Assembly: GCA_013265495.1 (NCBI GenBank)
Contig: MU058065.1
Location: forward strand, 4,810,976 to 4,874,975
DNA: 64,000 bases
Origin: Vicugna vicugna
Lineage: Eukaryota
Direction: 5' to 3'
Shown: one piece after another, positions 41,138 to 55,689 of the stretch
Position numbering within the stretch: position 1 is the first letter of the stretch
Layout of the letters: every line of letters starts with the position of its first letter
Position numbers and translations under genes: made by a program
The notes under the pieces: generated by a model
What the model was told of the DNA's origin: nothing
Seen by the model: only the letters and a program-made list of their open reading frames with translations
Database searches by the model: none

Positions 41138-41670
41138 AGGATAACTCCTTGACACGATGCTTGTGTTTTAATAGGGATTTCAGTGGACAATGCCTTCCCC
41201 ACAAAGGAATGGATCCAATGGTAGATGTTAGATATCTTGGGACATGTATTTCTTTTAAAATGCCTTACATTTCAGCATGTGGTCATCCACCTGCTCTACT
41301 CATGTGTAGCTCTATGGCCACTGCCGTAGAGATATGCCTCCTGGCTTTGCCCTGAAGTTCCAAAATCAATCCTCCAGACTTGTTCTGGACATTGATCTCT
41401 TTGGAGAATCTAATGGTCAGGGCTCTATGTGGGTCTCTTGCTGCCGCTCAGAGTAACCTCGTGCCTTTCCACTATAGTCTTGTGCCTAAACTGTTCTCCG
41501 CACCCATGCGATTCCAGTGTTAAAGCAACTCGGGGGAACATACACAATGTACGTGAAGCCAACCAAAATGTTGGTTTTAACTCACAGGTGTTAAAACAGG
41601 AAAGGTCTTATACCGTAAGATTTTAATACCATGCGATGTTTCATTTTATTGGGACATTCCTTGGCATAGC
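41138..41670 (-). pseudogene. Unit 2, TAGT N-terminal half exon
   Basis: ccttttatag acceptor, T|gtgagc donor; ordered motifs FPVLTP, RHKTIVERHEV, GKARRHISTAVAIELHM, VEQVDDHML, HCPLKSLLKH across frameshifts. Confidence 0.75.
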
Positions 41671-43312
41671 CTATAAAAGGCTCTTTAAAATATTGCCCAC
41701 CCACTTTTGCCCGGCATCATTCCTAACTGGCCTCTCCAGTTCAAAGACACTCAACTTCCCACTATTCCTTAGACACGAATGTCCCTTCTCAAGCCACTCT
41801 GTGCCTTCAGTCATCCTAGTCTCTATGCCAAAAGTTGACTTTTCTCTCATTTTCTGGAAAAGTTTTATTTCTTCTCTCAATTGAAAGCTAATGTCTTCTC
41901 TTTACAGGCTTTTCTTGCTCTGTCCTGAGTTGTACTGTCACCTGAGCTTCCACTATTTTTTATCAGAACTTGATTACATTATTTATAAATATGTATCGCA
42001 GGTATCTACTTACATGGACGCCTCACATTGCTACTCTTTGTGCTCCTAATGGGGAGGGATTATGCTTTATACAGGTGTGTGTACTATGTACCTAACACAG
42101 TGTTGACTGTGCTAGAAAAAGAACACAGCGTTTGTTGATTGAATCACTGAAAATAAATTGCAAATGTATATGTATATATAAAGTAGTCTTGATGATAGGA
42201 AACATTTGTCTTGGCATGTGGGATAAGGCACTACCCAGGGCGTGAGAAAGAAAAGAATAATTCTGTCATAAAATATCCTTGTTAAAAATAGTCACAGTGT
42301 ATTAAAAGCTGTGAAACACTTCATCTGAAAAATCACCTTTCCTACAAATTACTACTTGCCTTTTGAATAAAAGACACAGTCTCTAAAAGATGATTATCAG
42401 TTATTGAGCAATCAGAATTTTAAAATTACATTCAACCCACAAGTTGGGAGATGCCTAAGTGGGTGGAATCTGTTGAGTTCTGAATAAATTTGGCATTTCT
42501 TTATTTTCTGACATTAAGGTGCTGAAATATGCTGTCAAGCATTAACATGTTTGTTGATGGTAACTTGGCTTGGCAGATAGAAACTCCAGTGTGAGCTACA
42601 CTTTCACGATTACATTTTCATTACTAAACGCAGATCTCTATCTAAGGCCGTTTATTGCTTTGAGTTATTAGTCATATGCTGTTATCCTTGTTCAATTTTA
42701 ACAGTGGAGCTTAGCTTGAAAATCCATTTGGTAAATAGTCTATTCTATGTCCACAATCCCAAGGTGACGAGTGAACCCAAGTAAGAGTTAGTTAAACCAG
42801 ATGTTGCATATTGCAGAATTTAAAAGCCATTTAAATGCAGTGCACGTTTTGAAAGTTGTTTTAAGCGTGCAGTATATATAAATATGTATTAACTATAACA
42901 CATAATATAGTTTATAGTCAAGTAAAAGTATTATTTTGCTATTCTTTATATGTTCAATTTATTAATCTTGCTTTTGCCAATGTATTTCAAAAATTTTTAA
43001 ACCAATTATAATAAAAAAAGTAGGTGAAACTTGTAAATTTTGTGTAAAATCTTTGGCTAAAAGATGATTTTGGTCACCTTGAATTTAATTAATGAAAATA
43101 CTTTGATCAAGAATAAAAAGGTTTAAAGTGAATAGTGTCTCCTCCCCACCACTCCTCAAAAAAATTAAAAAGCAAAATGACTTTTTAATTACACTTGCAG
43201 TTTATAGCAAAATTTTTTTTTAATTGTTAGTGGACTTATAAGGGCAGCATAAATATTTCTTAAAGATGTTAGCACCACTAACAAATGCCTACACTCATTT
43301 CTACAAGTTGAC

Positions 43313-43545
43313 TTTAGAAGTGGTTCATCAAGGAAGACGGTGCTCTGTTCTTGAAATGTATTTTAATAAAAGAACACATCCATCTTTCTCTGGTGTGGTC
43401 ATCGCTGTGTTTTTCGTTTGAATGTTCAATTAGATCATGAAGTTCATTGAATTTTGACATCACAATGTTGACATCAGAATTGTTCGGATGATTGGAATGG
43501 ACGATTTCCCATCCAGAATTTTTTTCCTCCAAACAACAAAATGTA
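43313..43545 (-). pseudogene. Exon ending unit 1 and linker
   Basis: Strong acceptor ttttctttctttgttgaag; TFCCLEEKNSGWEIVHSNHPNNSDVNIVMSKF (ORF 43314..43532). Confidence 0.6.
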
Positions 43546-46500
43546 CTTCAACAAAGAAAGAAAAGCTCAATCAAAGAATTTCTAATATAGAATCACTCCT
43601 TCCTGTTTCACTTTAATGTGAAAAGAAACACTATGTAGACCCAGGTTATCTGTTTACAGCAAAGAAACAACAAATTCTTCCTCTTATGCCAAGATTGAGT
43701 TGCAACCACCAATTAGATGCCAAGTGCACAGAGCACGCCCCAGGGTCTGCTAATGCCTTTCGACCACTTCATTGCAGTAGATTGTCGTAATTAGTGCCTT
43801 ACCATAAATACGAAAATGAGGGGGTCGCGCCAGGTGATCTCTGAAGTCCCTTCCGGCATTAGAATTCGAGGAGTTGGTGAGCCAGAAATTGCTAATGTGT
43901 TTCTGAATGTACCAAATATACGCCTGGGGACAAATTGCTCATTTGGAAGACGGGTCCTTTTTATTAATTTGGCTCAGGAATATAAGCTTTAGTGACGAGT
44001 AGCACCGGGTAAACACTAATAATAGTATGTGATTCTGCAACATTTCGCCTTTCACTAAGAGTTGTGTGTTCGCATCATTGCGTTTTATTTGCAATAACAT
44101 TGTGAAGAAGTTCTATGATCAAGATTTTGTCACACCTTCAGCAAATCTGTAGAAAATTTAATATTACCACCCCATCCTCAGTTTTCCTGCTTCGTCAAAG
44201 AAGCTAAGGGATCTCCACCAGGGAGCAGAGGACAGGGACCACAATTCATCTGCGTCAACCAAATAATTCTTGCTTTTTTTTTTTTTTGCTTTACATCCCC
44301 CAAATCTGGATTCACTCTTATCAAACAGGTCCATTTGTACACGTTAAGACTGAGAAAACAATTGGATGTCCATAAAGATACGGTGAGACAGATATTTGAA
44401 TTTGGAGTTCAGGGGAGGAGTTTAAGTTGGAGAAGTAAATCTGTGAGTTATGGTAAAAAAAAAAAAATCATCTGAGTCTGGAAACTCCATGAGGGCAAGG
44501 ACTGTTTCCACTTCATTCACCATTGCATCCCTCACATCTGATTCAGTGCCTTATTAAGGCTATGATCCAGTAAAGAGAAAAAAAAATACATGAATAGTAA
44601 TAGAAGAAACTTAAGAAAAATAAAGAAGACTGAGAAATCATAACAGGATATTTCAGAAGCAGTAGGAATCCTTGAGGAGGTGCCATTGGAGAGAGCAGAG
44701 TTGGAAGTGACATTGGAGAAGAGTTTTCCAGACATAGAGAAAAGATGACACAGGAGCCTGGAGTGAGTGTGTGTTCACGGCATTTGAAGGGCGGGAAGAA
44801 CTCCTGTGGCTGGAGGGAGCAAACAGCCTTAAGAGATGGCAGCATAGATATAGTGGTTGGGAGAGCAGGTATCTTATTTAGGGCATGGATTAGACAACAC
44901 AAAAGGTAGTTAAATCCACTTTCACATGCAACTCTGAAGAAGTAGAAATGAAAAGAAAAAGCAAACTTGTGTATCTTGCCTCTAGTTCAGCTTAGAGACT
45001 CTACTATAAATCTTTAAGCATTCTTTTTTGTCCTTCTTGTTGTGAACTTGAACTCAACCCATTTCACAGCTCTCTAAGAACATTATCTTCTTCCTATTTT
45101 CAAACTACTCACTCTGAGAGTTTAGATTCCACAATCTCACCTCTCATGTTTCTTTCTTTTTTTTCCCTTTTTTCCTCACCAATGATTGTGAACTTCCTTT
45201 TAAGGGTACTGTATTAAAGACCCCTGGATATAAGCTAGTGTTTTCCAAAAGAAGTTTCACTTACGCTATTTCTGGAAAAGATACTGAGTGTACCATCTCC
45301 ATTCATTCAACTATTTATTCATTTGTTCATTTTTATAGTCAAGCTAGACACTAGAAATAAAAAGATGAATTAATATAAAGTCCTTAGCTCAAGGTCCTAT
45401 AGTCTAGTGGGGAAGATAATTCAAATTTAGTATGATAAATGCAATGACAGATCTATGCACGGTTACAGAAACTCAGAGAAGAGGGTACTTAACAATGTGA
45501 ACTATTTTCTAAGCAGCCAGACTCTCCTTATTCTGAAGTCATATAACCATACAAGGGTTAAAAATGTGTTCTACAATAGCAGCAACTGGTTTCTCTACAA
45601 TCTTACTGGATTTTAACTTTTTTTTAAATGTTAATCCTAGAAGAATTGAGTTTTAGTACTTTCTAGAACTTTGTCTCTCATTGGTAATTCTACCCAAAGT
45701 CAAAAGGAAAAAACATTGTGCCAGTGTGTCCAAGCAATTCCAAGATGACATTTAAAAGCACATTTCAATGTAACTTAGAAAAAGGAGTTCTGGTCAGCAC
45801 CCTGCCAAGAGGAGGAACACAGTAGACTCAGATTCCAAACCAAGATACTTCCCAGATTTTCTATGGGACTGTTTGGTCTCCATATTAATTCCAGTGAGTT
45901 GGCTTATTTTGGTGTAAAATACCTAATTCTCTCGGAGAATCCTTTTTTAACCATTTGCTTGAATTGTTGAATGCTTTAATATCTGCCTGGTTGACATATG
46001 CTTTAGTTGATGATAAAGGCAGTGTTTTGTTTGAATTTTGTTTCTGTACATCACAAGTAATGACCCAAAAATGGAAGTCAGAATGAGGCAAAAATTAAGT
46101 GAAGCTTTGTTAAGGAGACAGATTATCTTTCTAATAAAAACCGAGTACATTTTTAGTAATTGTGGGATGTGTGAATTGTCTTCTACCTTATAAAGGCATA
46201 GATCTATTGCATTCTGCCAGAATTTATTCTTTCCTCGAAATATCTTGGAAGAGAGAACTGTAACCTACAATCTCTTTCCTCAGCAAATAAAGGGAAGTGA
46301 AGATAATATTCTAGGGAGATAATATTCTAGTGAAGATAATATTGTTGTGTAACGGCTATTTTCTAAGATAGTTAGTGTCCCCTACCTGTGTCCCAAATCT
46401 CCACGCACACAGACAAAGCTTAGGGCATTTATTATTTGGCTCCTATTCCAACAGGGAATATTTATCCTCTATGATTCACCAGAGCTTGAATATATTTATG

Positions 46501-46854
46501 GATGAAAAGTTTACATGGTACTTGAAAATATTTTTGGCCAACTCTGATAAGATAACCTACCTGCATTTTCAATCTATATTTTATCCCTTCTTGGCCCAAG
46601 ATGCCACTACAGCAGAGATTTTAGCACCTATAGGCATGGTTTGAACCACAAAATTAAAAAAATAATAATTAGAGTAATAATAATGAAGTAAAAATTATTT
46701 TAGAAATTTGGTTTGACATAACCAAGTAATTTATTTAATTCTCCATCTCATTTAATAATAGATATATAGATGGCTGGAAATATATACCCCGAAAACTATA
46801 CTTTCAAAATTAATGTTAAAATTTTTTAAAAAATCCTGAAGAAATGAGTATCCC

Positions 46855-47060
46855 AGTGGTTTACAGCACTTTTGATCCTTGGAGCCAGATAATTCTTGTT
46901 TTGGGCGGGCTGTCCTGTGCATTGTAGGATATCTAACAGCATCCGTGTCCTCTTTCCATAAATGCCAGTAGCAACTCACTGGTTGTGACAAGCAAAATGT
47001 CTTTAGACATTGTTAGATGTCCTTGAGTAGAGGAAACTGCCTGGTCGAGAACAACTGCTT
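46855..47060. mobile_element. MER20
   Basis: gctgtcctgtgcattgtaggat..gttgtgacaa..gagaacaactgc. Confidence 0.8.
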
Positions 47061-47599
47061 TCAAATGTAAGTCAAACACAGGTCTGCTAGTAATTCTCCC
47101 CTGCGAGGGATGGGGAAGAGACCGCAACCCCTTGCGTGGTCTAGAGGCCGTGTGCTGCACGCCTCCAGGGGTGCCATTCCAGGGGCTCAGGGGCAAGTGC
47201 TCCCCCTGGAGCCAAGCAAAGCTCTGGCTCTGAAACCACAGTCCTTCTTCAAGACTGGAGCTGTGGTCGTGGGGAAGGGGGAGGAGAAACATGTCCTGTC
47301 GAGGGCCAGAGACAACCATACAAAGTGGCAATGGTGTGTATCCACCTCCTGAGCTAGCTTAGACAAGTGGTTGGCTGCTCACACTGATGGCTATTTTGAG
47401 AACTCCAGGATCTACAGAAAAGCAACACTCTCTCAAAGACAGATAACAAGATGGCAGGGAGCGGTCATGGGGTTGGTGCCCACTTGGCACACCCTCATGA
47501 AGGTTCTCATCCTCCCTGGCCAGGACGTCACCAACCTCTTGACTGAACTCCATCCATAGGCTGGCTTCCATCCAACCTTCCTCCACACAGCTGTCAGAC

Positions 47600-49450
47600 C
47601 GTTCTTTTGGAAAACACTACCCTGAAATTATCTCTGCCCTTTTTAAAATGCTTTGATGTTGCCTTTGAGATAAAGTTCAAGCTCCTTAGTGTGGCCAGGA
47701 TGTTGACTTCATCTTCTGACACACTCTTTCACACACATCTAGTCCCCAATTCAAATCTGAATGTCCTCCTTTCAGTCACTCTAGCCTTGCTCCTGCAGCC
47801 CTTTCTTGTCATTGTCACTTCAACATGTGCAGCCAGCCTGTATTTTTCACTGAAAACAGTCAGTAAAGAAGAAAACCTTTTTGTTGTGTTTCTTTTCTTC
47901 TCTTATCCCTCCTCCTCCCCCTCCTCCCTTCCCCTTCCCCTTTTTGCTTCTCCTCATCCTCCTCTTCTTCCTCCTCCTCCTTATCTCCCTCCCTCCCTCC
48001 TTTCCCTTTCTTTCTTTCCACATAAGCATTTCCTTATGTCACTACAACTCTGATTTAGCAATTTCAAAACTTACAGCCTCTCTTCTGTTGTCTTCCACAA
48101 TTTCTCCCCCTTTTCCCCACCTTAATTCTCCTCGCAGACCTCTGACTAGTTCTTCTTGGTCTTCCCCTATGGTAACTCTTCTCCCTCCTTCAACGTCTGC
48201 ATTCAGTAGAGTTCCAACATTAACCCTCTTCTCTTTCCACTCTCCAAATGCTTGCTGGGTAATCACTCTGTTGGAGTAACTTGACACTTAGGTGCTCGTG
48301 GCCCACACTTGTACCTCCGGGCTTAGCCCATTTCCTGAGCACCAGATATAATCAAATGTCTACAAAGCAATTTCCCTGGATAATCTCACTCATACCCCTA
48401 ATTCAACATACCCTCAGCTTAGCTCATCTTTTCCCACAGACTTGGTCTTTCTACTATGTTCTCTGTCTCACTGAAATGCCAACCACCCTCATCAGAAACC
48501 TGGAATTTTCCCCAGACTGCTTCCTCATTCCCCACATTCAACTGATGACCAAACCCAGTTGATTCTATCTACTCAAGCTCTCCCAAGGCTTTCCTGTTAT
48601 CACCAACTATATTCAGCCTCTGTTGGGTAGGATGTTTCAAGTATTTATCAACAATGTTCTGTGCTCCCAGTCTTATTCTATCCAATCTATTTTTCACCTT
48701 GCTGCTGACAAAACAAGTCTGGTCATGTCTCCTCTCTGCCTGAAAATCCTTCAAGGGCTTCCCACTAACTGTCCACAAGATGCTCGAGCTTCCTGCCATG
48801 GTAGACCAGGAAAATGGGAACATCATTTTGTCTGAACTACAATAAAACAAACATCCACCATAAGAGCTGTCATCAAATCGATGGATCCATCTGGGGCTAA
48901 GCAAAGGCCAGAAATAAATTTAGAGCAAACAGCACCCATGTGTCACACGTGACCCCTAACTTCCTTTCTAGCCTCATCGGTTGCCATGAAGCCTCTTTTT
49001 CTGTGCACATCACGTGCCGGCTCCTTGCAGATCTGTGAGCGTGCATTACTACCTCGTGACCATCCTTTCAACACTTTGGCCTTAAATGCCCCTCTCCCCT
49101 CTGTTCTCCTGGCAGACATGTACATTTCCTTTAACACTCTGCTCAAATAGAACTTCCTTCATGAAGCTTCCTGGTTTGTTTCATCAGATACACTAAGTTT
49201 GCTCTCCTCTTTTTCATCTGCTCTGCACCCTCAAAAGGCAATACCACTGCATCTATAATTCTTCACTTCAAGTATATTATTTCATTTACTTCTTCATTTA
49301 CTAGATGTTTAGGGTAAACCACGTTCAGGAAAAGCTGTATCTTATCGATTCTTAACACCTGCTATAGCACCCAAAGCATAGAGACATTCAAAAAATACAT
49401 ATATACACATATATTTAAAAATAATAAGAGAACAAATGAACGGATGAATT
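47600..49450. mobile_element. L2 LINE fragments with a CT-rich tract (about 47890-48015)
   Basis: L2-like pyrimidine-rich body ending aatgaacggatgaat. Confidence 0.6.
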
Positions 49451-50450
49451 ATAAGAATGTACCAGACATTTTAAAGGTTTATCACAGCTCTTCATTTGCT
49501 GATTCTAAATTTTCAAAGCTTCTCTCTTAGTATTTATACGTAAGGAGCAAAATGCAATTCTCTCAAGAGAGATGATACATTGACTTTGATTTAAAATAAG
49601 CTGAGTGAAAAATGTATGACTCCAGTTTGATGTGGATAGCATCTTCAGAGCAAGTTCTCATAGGGATGAAATGCACAATGAGCATGAGATCACTGAAGGG
49701 CAAAGGGAAAAATACAGCAAAAGGAAAATGGGCTCAGTAAGGAACAGCCCTGGGATGAGGTCCTTTTCAAGCACTTCAGAGTTTTAATCAAGAGAGGTCT
49801 AAACATAGGAGGGTATTTTTTGTTTGATTTTTGTTTTGTTTTTTTTTACTTCTCCATCTCTGTAGTTCTAGTCAAAGGAATAAAGAACCTGTACATCTTA
49901 CCCAAATTTGCTCTCTAAAATGACAGAATTAGTTGGAAAAGTATCAAACTATCCCTTTGCCTTATATTTCTGGGTCTTCTAAAAGAAACAAAATCACAAA
50001 GTTAACAAAAGTTGAAACAGAGGCTAATAGCTCCTGTAGGGACAATGACACGAAAACATTCATAAATTAAGAGTTTCTGTTTGTATTTCTATTGTAAAGA
50101 TCAGAGTGAGGTTTTCTTGCATGAAAGGCTATACCTTGATAATAGGTGTGAAGGTAACAGTGACTGGAATTAAGATAGGAGACTTTGTTTTAAGCAAATC
50201 AATGTTTAGAACCAGTAACAGAAGATTTATCATCCTCCTAAAACTCCATCTCTCGGGATGATTGGCCCCACAGGAGCCAACCACTTGGATGACTCAATTA
50301 AATTTTATATAATTCATAATTACCCATTATGTAGACATGAGCTTCAGTTAAACATAAAGGGAAATTTTCAGATAGATCATCAGTTGGCAAAAAAAAACTA
50401 TTTATAAAGAGAATTTTAGAATTTCCATCTTGGAAAAAGTATTAAGTCAC

Positions 50451-50805
50451 AATGTTGAGGTGCTCCCAGTGACTCCTGCCCTGGCTTGAAGAGGGAGGGT
50501 GCCATGTTGGTTTGTCCCATGCCTGGATTCTACATTCAGGGCCACGAACACACACCTGCACTGGCAGAGTTTGTCTAACAGCATGGTGACTGAGACAGAC
50601 ACGGTCTCCACACAGAAGGCGGGGAAAAGATGGAGAAACAGAAGGACAAGGTCCAACTCTATTTGGGGCCAAATACTGTGAGGCTTTGGCAGAGTAATGC
50701 CTGCTTTGCTCTGCTTTTGGAGAACATGGGAGAGGAGGTCTCCCAACCCTTCTGTACCACCATCTGCCTCGACCCCACTATGGGAGCCATACCTGACAGT
50801 CATCT
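50451..50805 (-). pseudogene. Unit 1, GREB1 C-terminal domain exon (frame still open)
   Basis: Inside ORF 50447..50986: MTVRYGSH...PKPHSIWPQIELDLVLLFLHL...CRCVFVALN; degenerate donor gtgact, phase 2 into the next exon. Confidence 0.65.
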
Positions 50806-51043
50806 CTGAGAAACTGCAGTATTTTGACTTTTGGTATCTGCTATGTAATGGTATGGGAAAAATATTGCCTAAAATATAACTGTATGTTATTAAAAAAAAA
50901 AAAAGACCAGCTGGGGAATGAGTTTGTAATGGGAATGTCACTAGTACAAATTGCAAGATTAAAAACAAAACACCATAACAACCCATCCATTAACTGGAAA
51001 TAGTTGAAATGTGTAGAGTTAAGTCAGGGAGGGTGATACATAC

Positions 51044-51310
51044 AGGATCAACAATTTTTGTATATTGCTGAATAGAAAAAAGTATGTGATTGCTTCTGTG
51101 ATCCAAAAGTTTCTGATTGCTTCTCCCAAACACGGGCCACGAGCAGAATCTGGTAAATGACTGCTCTTTAATCACAGCTTCAAACCAAAATTCTTCGTGG
51201 AATTCAGTTGACTTTCAGGTATTAATGCCTTTTGCGTGTCTCCACGGGTACATTATATCATCCTACTGTAGCTGATTTCACTCTTGCGCCTTTTAAGGTG
51301 ACCATTGTGT
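51044..51310 (-). pseudogene. Unit 1, GREB1 C-terminal domain exon
   Basis: ttttttctgtttaaccacag acceptor, CCT|gtatgt donor; EFWFEAVIKEQSF...NHILFSIQQYTKIVDP resembles LLLEKFLQ...DHPVLSVDCYLNLG. Confidence 0.7.
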
Positions 51311-54300
51311 CTGTGGTTAAACAGAAAAAAATATGGCTTGGATAAGTGTTCAGGACCAGGAAATCCTGACTCCAGGGTTTGGAATAATAAGAATGCTGCT
51401 GTTACAAGGTTAGCATTTATAAGCGCTGAATATTCTGACCAAATGTTTGTAACCTTCACAATCTGGCAGTCAGAGGAATGCACCTGTGTTTCATTACCTG
51501 CCTCCAGAAACCCCACAGGAAGATTCGAAAATCAGGCGCAGGAGGAAGAGAGAGAGCCTTCTTGATTTTTTCTCTTTAGAAATCTCACTGTCTTTGATAG
51601 AAGATACAAATAATAAGGAACCCTCGCTCAGTCCTGCAAGGCTCCGTGGATGACTGCCTCTGGACACACACACAAAGTTTCGGCAAATTCAGATTTGGAG
51701 ACCCAGTCCCCTTAAGAATCAGTGACAGAGCATAGCTTTTTCTATCACTGCCTGAAGTTTCTCAGCAGTGCAAGTTCTTAGTTTTAAAAGATGAGAAGTT
51801 CTACCTTCCTCTTTTTGGAGAAGTTGGATGGATACAAAAGCACAGAATTTTAAAAATTTAATCAAATGTGCATTTGAGTTCTATCCTTTCCACTTGAAGT
51901 TTACATGTTCTCCAGTTCTCAGAATCTTTGAATCCTGACCTCAAATGGAAGTAAGGATATAATGTGCCTCATGATGGTACTGTGAGAATTAGTGCAATGA
52001 TGTAAATTAAAGGGATTTAACTACAAATCCAAAGTCGCCCTTCCCTCTCTGTCTCTGTCTCTGTCTTGGTTTAAATGCTAGTGTCCATCATTCTTCAGCC
52101 TACAGCTGGGATGAAGTCCAGACACTAGTAGTTCTCATAATGATCAATACAGGAATATCTTACGCTACTGCTCCAGGAACCGTAACTGAATTCTACCAGC
52201 AAGACACCCAGTCACCTGCTGGGGAAGTGGTAGAACCAGGGTGCACCCAACTGGGACATTCTCCATTTTGGCAGCGGGCACTCATAGGGCATTTACTTCA
52301 TGGAGCGGAAGAGGTGAGATCCGATGAGTGCACTGTCCACCGCCCACACACTCCATGCCCTTCCCCCCAGATAAGGAACAGCTAAGACCAAGGTACTACA
52401 GCATAATGAGGCTTTTGTATTATACCAGCACCTCTTTTCCTGGCGGAAAGAGGAGGAGAGTAGAGGAAGAGAGATGGGAGAGGGAGAGGGGGCACTGAAA
52501 GAGCTCATTTTCGTCACAAACACTCCTTATAAGAATTAGGCATAAGATGGTCTTTGGAATGGCTTCATTTAAACACTATTCAAAACATTGGCAGAGACAG
52601 GAACAACAGCTCCGACCTCAGTTCCCCTCCTGGAGGCCGGATACCTTTCCCAGACATTGAACCACTAATGGGAAATTAAAGCCAATAAAACAACAGCTGG
52701 AATCCCATAACTGACAAGGTTTATATTGTTCTCGAAGCAATTCACACTTAAAGAATTTCCTTTCCCATCATCAGGCTCCTTTCTTTCTCCTGAGCATTCC
52801 AGTTGATGGACCCTCTCCTGGTGAAGTGGTTTTCTCTTTGTTTAACTGAACAAAGCTGATATCATCAGAGTCTCCAGAAACAGCTCTGCCTCAGAAAATT
52901 TGAAGAGCTCTGCTCTCTCCTCTACTTCTGAACGGCAGGTTTGGCTGGAGGAAGCAAAGGAACATTTGAGCGCCTACTGTATGAACAATATGTATTCGAC
53001 GCTCCTAAGTAGTGCTAATTTTTCTATTTTGTCCAATGTTGGGGACATTATATTTCCTATTTCACGAGGAACTGAAGCTCACAGAAGTCTTGGGGATAAC
53101 TATTTCTGTCTCTTCACCAAAGTACTCATGTGAAGTCAGATTCTGCAGCAGGAAAATAAGAGTGAGTTGCTATGTTCCACTGGGGAAGAAATAGATCGAT
53201 TCGTATCAAATGGTAGCAACAATAATAGTAATATCTAAGATTTACTGGGAACCCTTCAAGTACCCACATGACCATACTAAGCAAGTTACATGACTTAGGT
53301 TACTTAAGTGTTTTTATCTACTCGAAAGTCCTTTTTTACTGTTACAATTCTTGTTTTACAGAGAAAGAAATTGGGACCTATCAGGGTTAAATAATTCATC
53401 TCAGGCTTTGGGCAGAAAGTACAATAATCAGGATTTAAGCAGTCTGGACCGCCTGACTCGAGAATGAGAGTCCTAAATGACTTTTGAAATATAAATAAAT
53501 TCCTATGTATGTGTATACAAACAGACCCAAGGGCATTATCATCTGTCACTCACACTCCTATTATAATATGCTTTCTTGACTAAGAGAAAAAAAAAATGGT
53601 GGCGTTAAAGCCACCTCGTTAGGAAGACCGGTGGAAATGTGTTGCACTATTGAATGTCATCTGTGAAATGTGTCACATCTGAAAAAAATGTTAAGATCTC
53701 TGCCTAATGGGAAAAAGGGGTGGATAAACAGATGGTCACAAAGCCGTCTGTCTGGTAAGTGCTGTCATGGCAGGAGCATGTGCACAAGATCATGAGACAG
53801 CCGGGATAAGAGTCACCCACAGAAAGTTTTCTTAAAGGAGAAAACACTTGAATTGTATCTTAGAGGAAGAGCTCACCAGGCACAGAATGGATGGAAAAGC
53901 AACAATACAGAGGGAGAAATACAAGACAAGGACTATGCTGAGGCCGTGGGGGTGGAGAAAGAAGAGGTAAGGTGTGCGCGGTCAGGCAGGTGTGCGGGAA
54001 ATCAAAGGTGAATGGTATTTGTTGTTCCATGTTTTTGTTTTTATTCAGATGATTTGGATTTTAACCTACAGAGGGACTGGGAACCATTTAAACATGTAAA
54101 GCTGGGGAGTGACATGATCTGAATTGCATTTCTCCAAAGTTACTCTGGACTAAACATGGAGGATGGATGGACAGGGGGAGGGACAGACGACAGGAAAATG
54201 GCACAGGAGGCAGTGATTCTGAGTGACCTGACCTGCGGGAACTAGTGCGGGTGAGAGAGAATGCAGGGCTGAGCTAAAACACCGGCAGGGAGGTAAAGGG

Positions 54301-55689
54301 GAGGAGATCTATGTAAAAACAAAACCTCAGAATGTGGAGCTGACAGAACTAGGTGGCCATATTGGTTTGGTGGGTGAAAGAGAAGGAAGGACCAAAGACG
54401 ACCACAGGTTGGCTAACCTGAGCAACTGTGTGGACTGTGGAACCATTTCTGATAGGAAATAAATGAGAAAGAGAAGAATTGGGGCTGGATAAATATTTTC
54501 ATTTGATGATGACGATCGGGTGCCCATGCAGAGCATCTGAAAAATAGGCAGAAGAACATGCTAGAATAGAGCGCAGGAAGGAGGTAGGCGCAAAACATGG
54601 AATTTTGGATGTCACTGCTGTGTGATTGATGGGTTAGTCTTGGGAGTGGCTAAGTCTCCGACAGCCTGCGGGATGGTTGTGGGAGAGAGCTGAAAATGAC
54701 GCCACCATACACAAAACTGTAAAGGGGCTCATTTGAAGCAACAAAGCCAATGAGATAGCCTGGAAATAAGTAGGTTGAGAGCTATGAAGAAAACCACCAA
54801 GGAATGACCTCAGATAAGTCAAGAGACATTTTCAAGTTGACAGTGGTCAGCTGTGTCAAAAACTCCAGCGAGGCCAAGTGTTCAAGTTAGCCAAAGGCCT
54901 GCCGTGGAGTTTGGGAGAGTGGAGTCCCTGATGAATCTGAAGAAAATAATTCCCCTGGGTCTGTGGTGTTGAAGGAAGACAGCAATTTAAGCTCAGGCTA
55001 AAAGGGAAGGAAATGGAGAAGGTAAACTATTTTTAAACAGTTTTAAATACCTCCATTCTCCCAAGGCTTTGGATTAACATAGGTTAGTCAATATTTTTAT
55101 CATCTTAATATATTTTCGTTGCAAGTGATTAACTTTTATTTACTTTTCAGGGCACTAGCTTTTAAATTAGCAACCTCAAAGAAACCAAATATAGAGGTGC
55201 AATGCCCAAATTCCTTCTTTAAACTTTCTCACTCTCATCGATCTCTTGATATTTATCTTTCCTCCATAACCATTGTTCTATATTTAAAACTCCGTGAAAA
55301 ATTTTGTGGTTCTATATTGTTCACAAAATGTCATTGTCACCACACTCCAGTCTGGCTCGATGCCCCTCCAGTCCTTGCCCCAGTTTTAATGCAATCCCTA
55401 CAACAGCTCATCCCAGACTTGTGATCACTTCTTCCCAGAACTTTTTGTTTCCGCACTGTTTTCTTTCTTATTTTTAATGGTATTACACTCGTACGATATA
55501 CACAACCAGTTTATTCAATTCAGTTAGGAAAATAATCCATCTTGAAAATGAAGAACCATTTATGTGTTGTCATGTGAAAGCACACAGAACATTTTATTAA
55601 TGTAATTTAAAAGGTTTTAACCATATATTACTCGATTCGATTACCAGCAGAGAAAGACAAAATGATTTGCACATATTTGTTTCAGGTAC

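Noticed and set aside
47847..48287. Overlapping long Pro/Leu/Ser or Arg/Gly ORFs
   Set aside because: They arise from a CT-rich tract inside L2 remnants.
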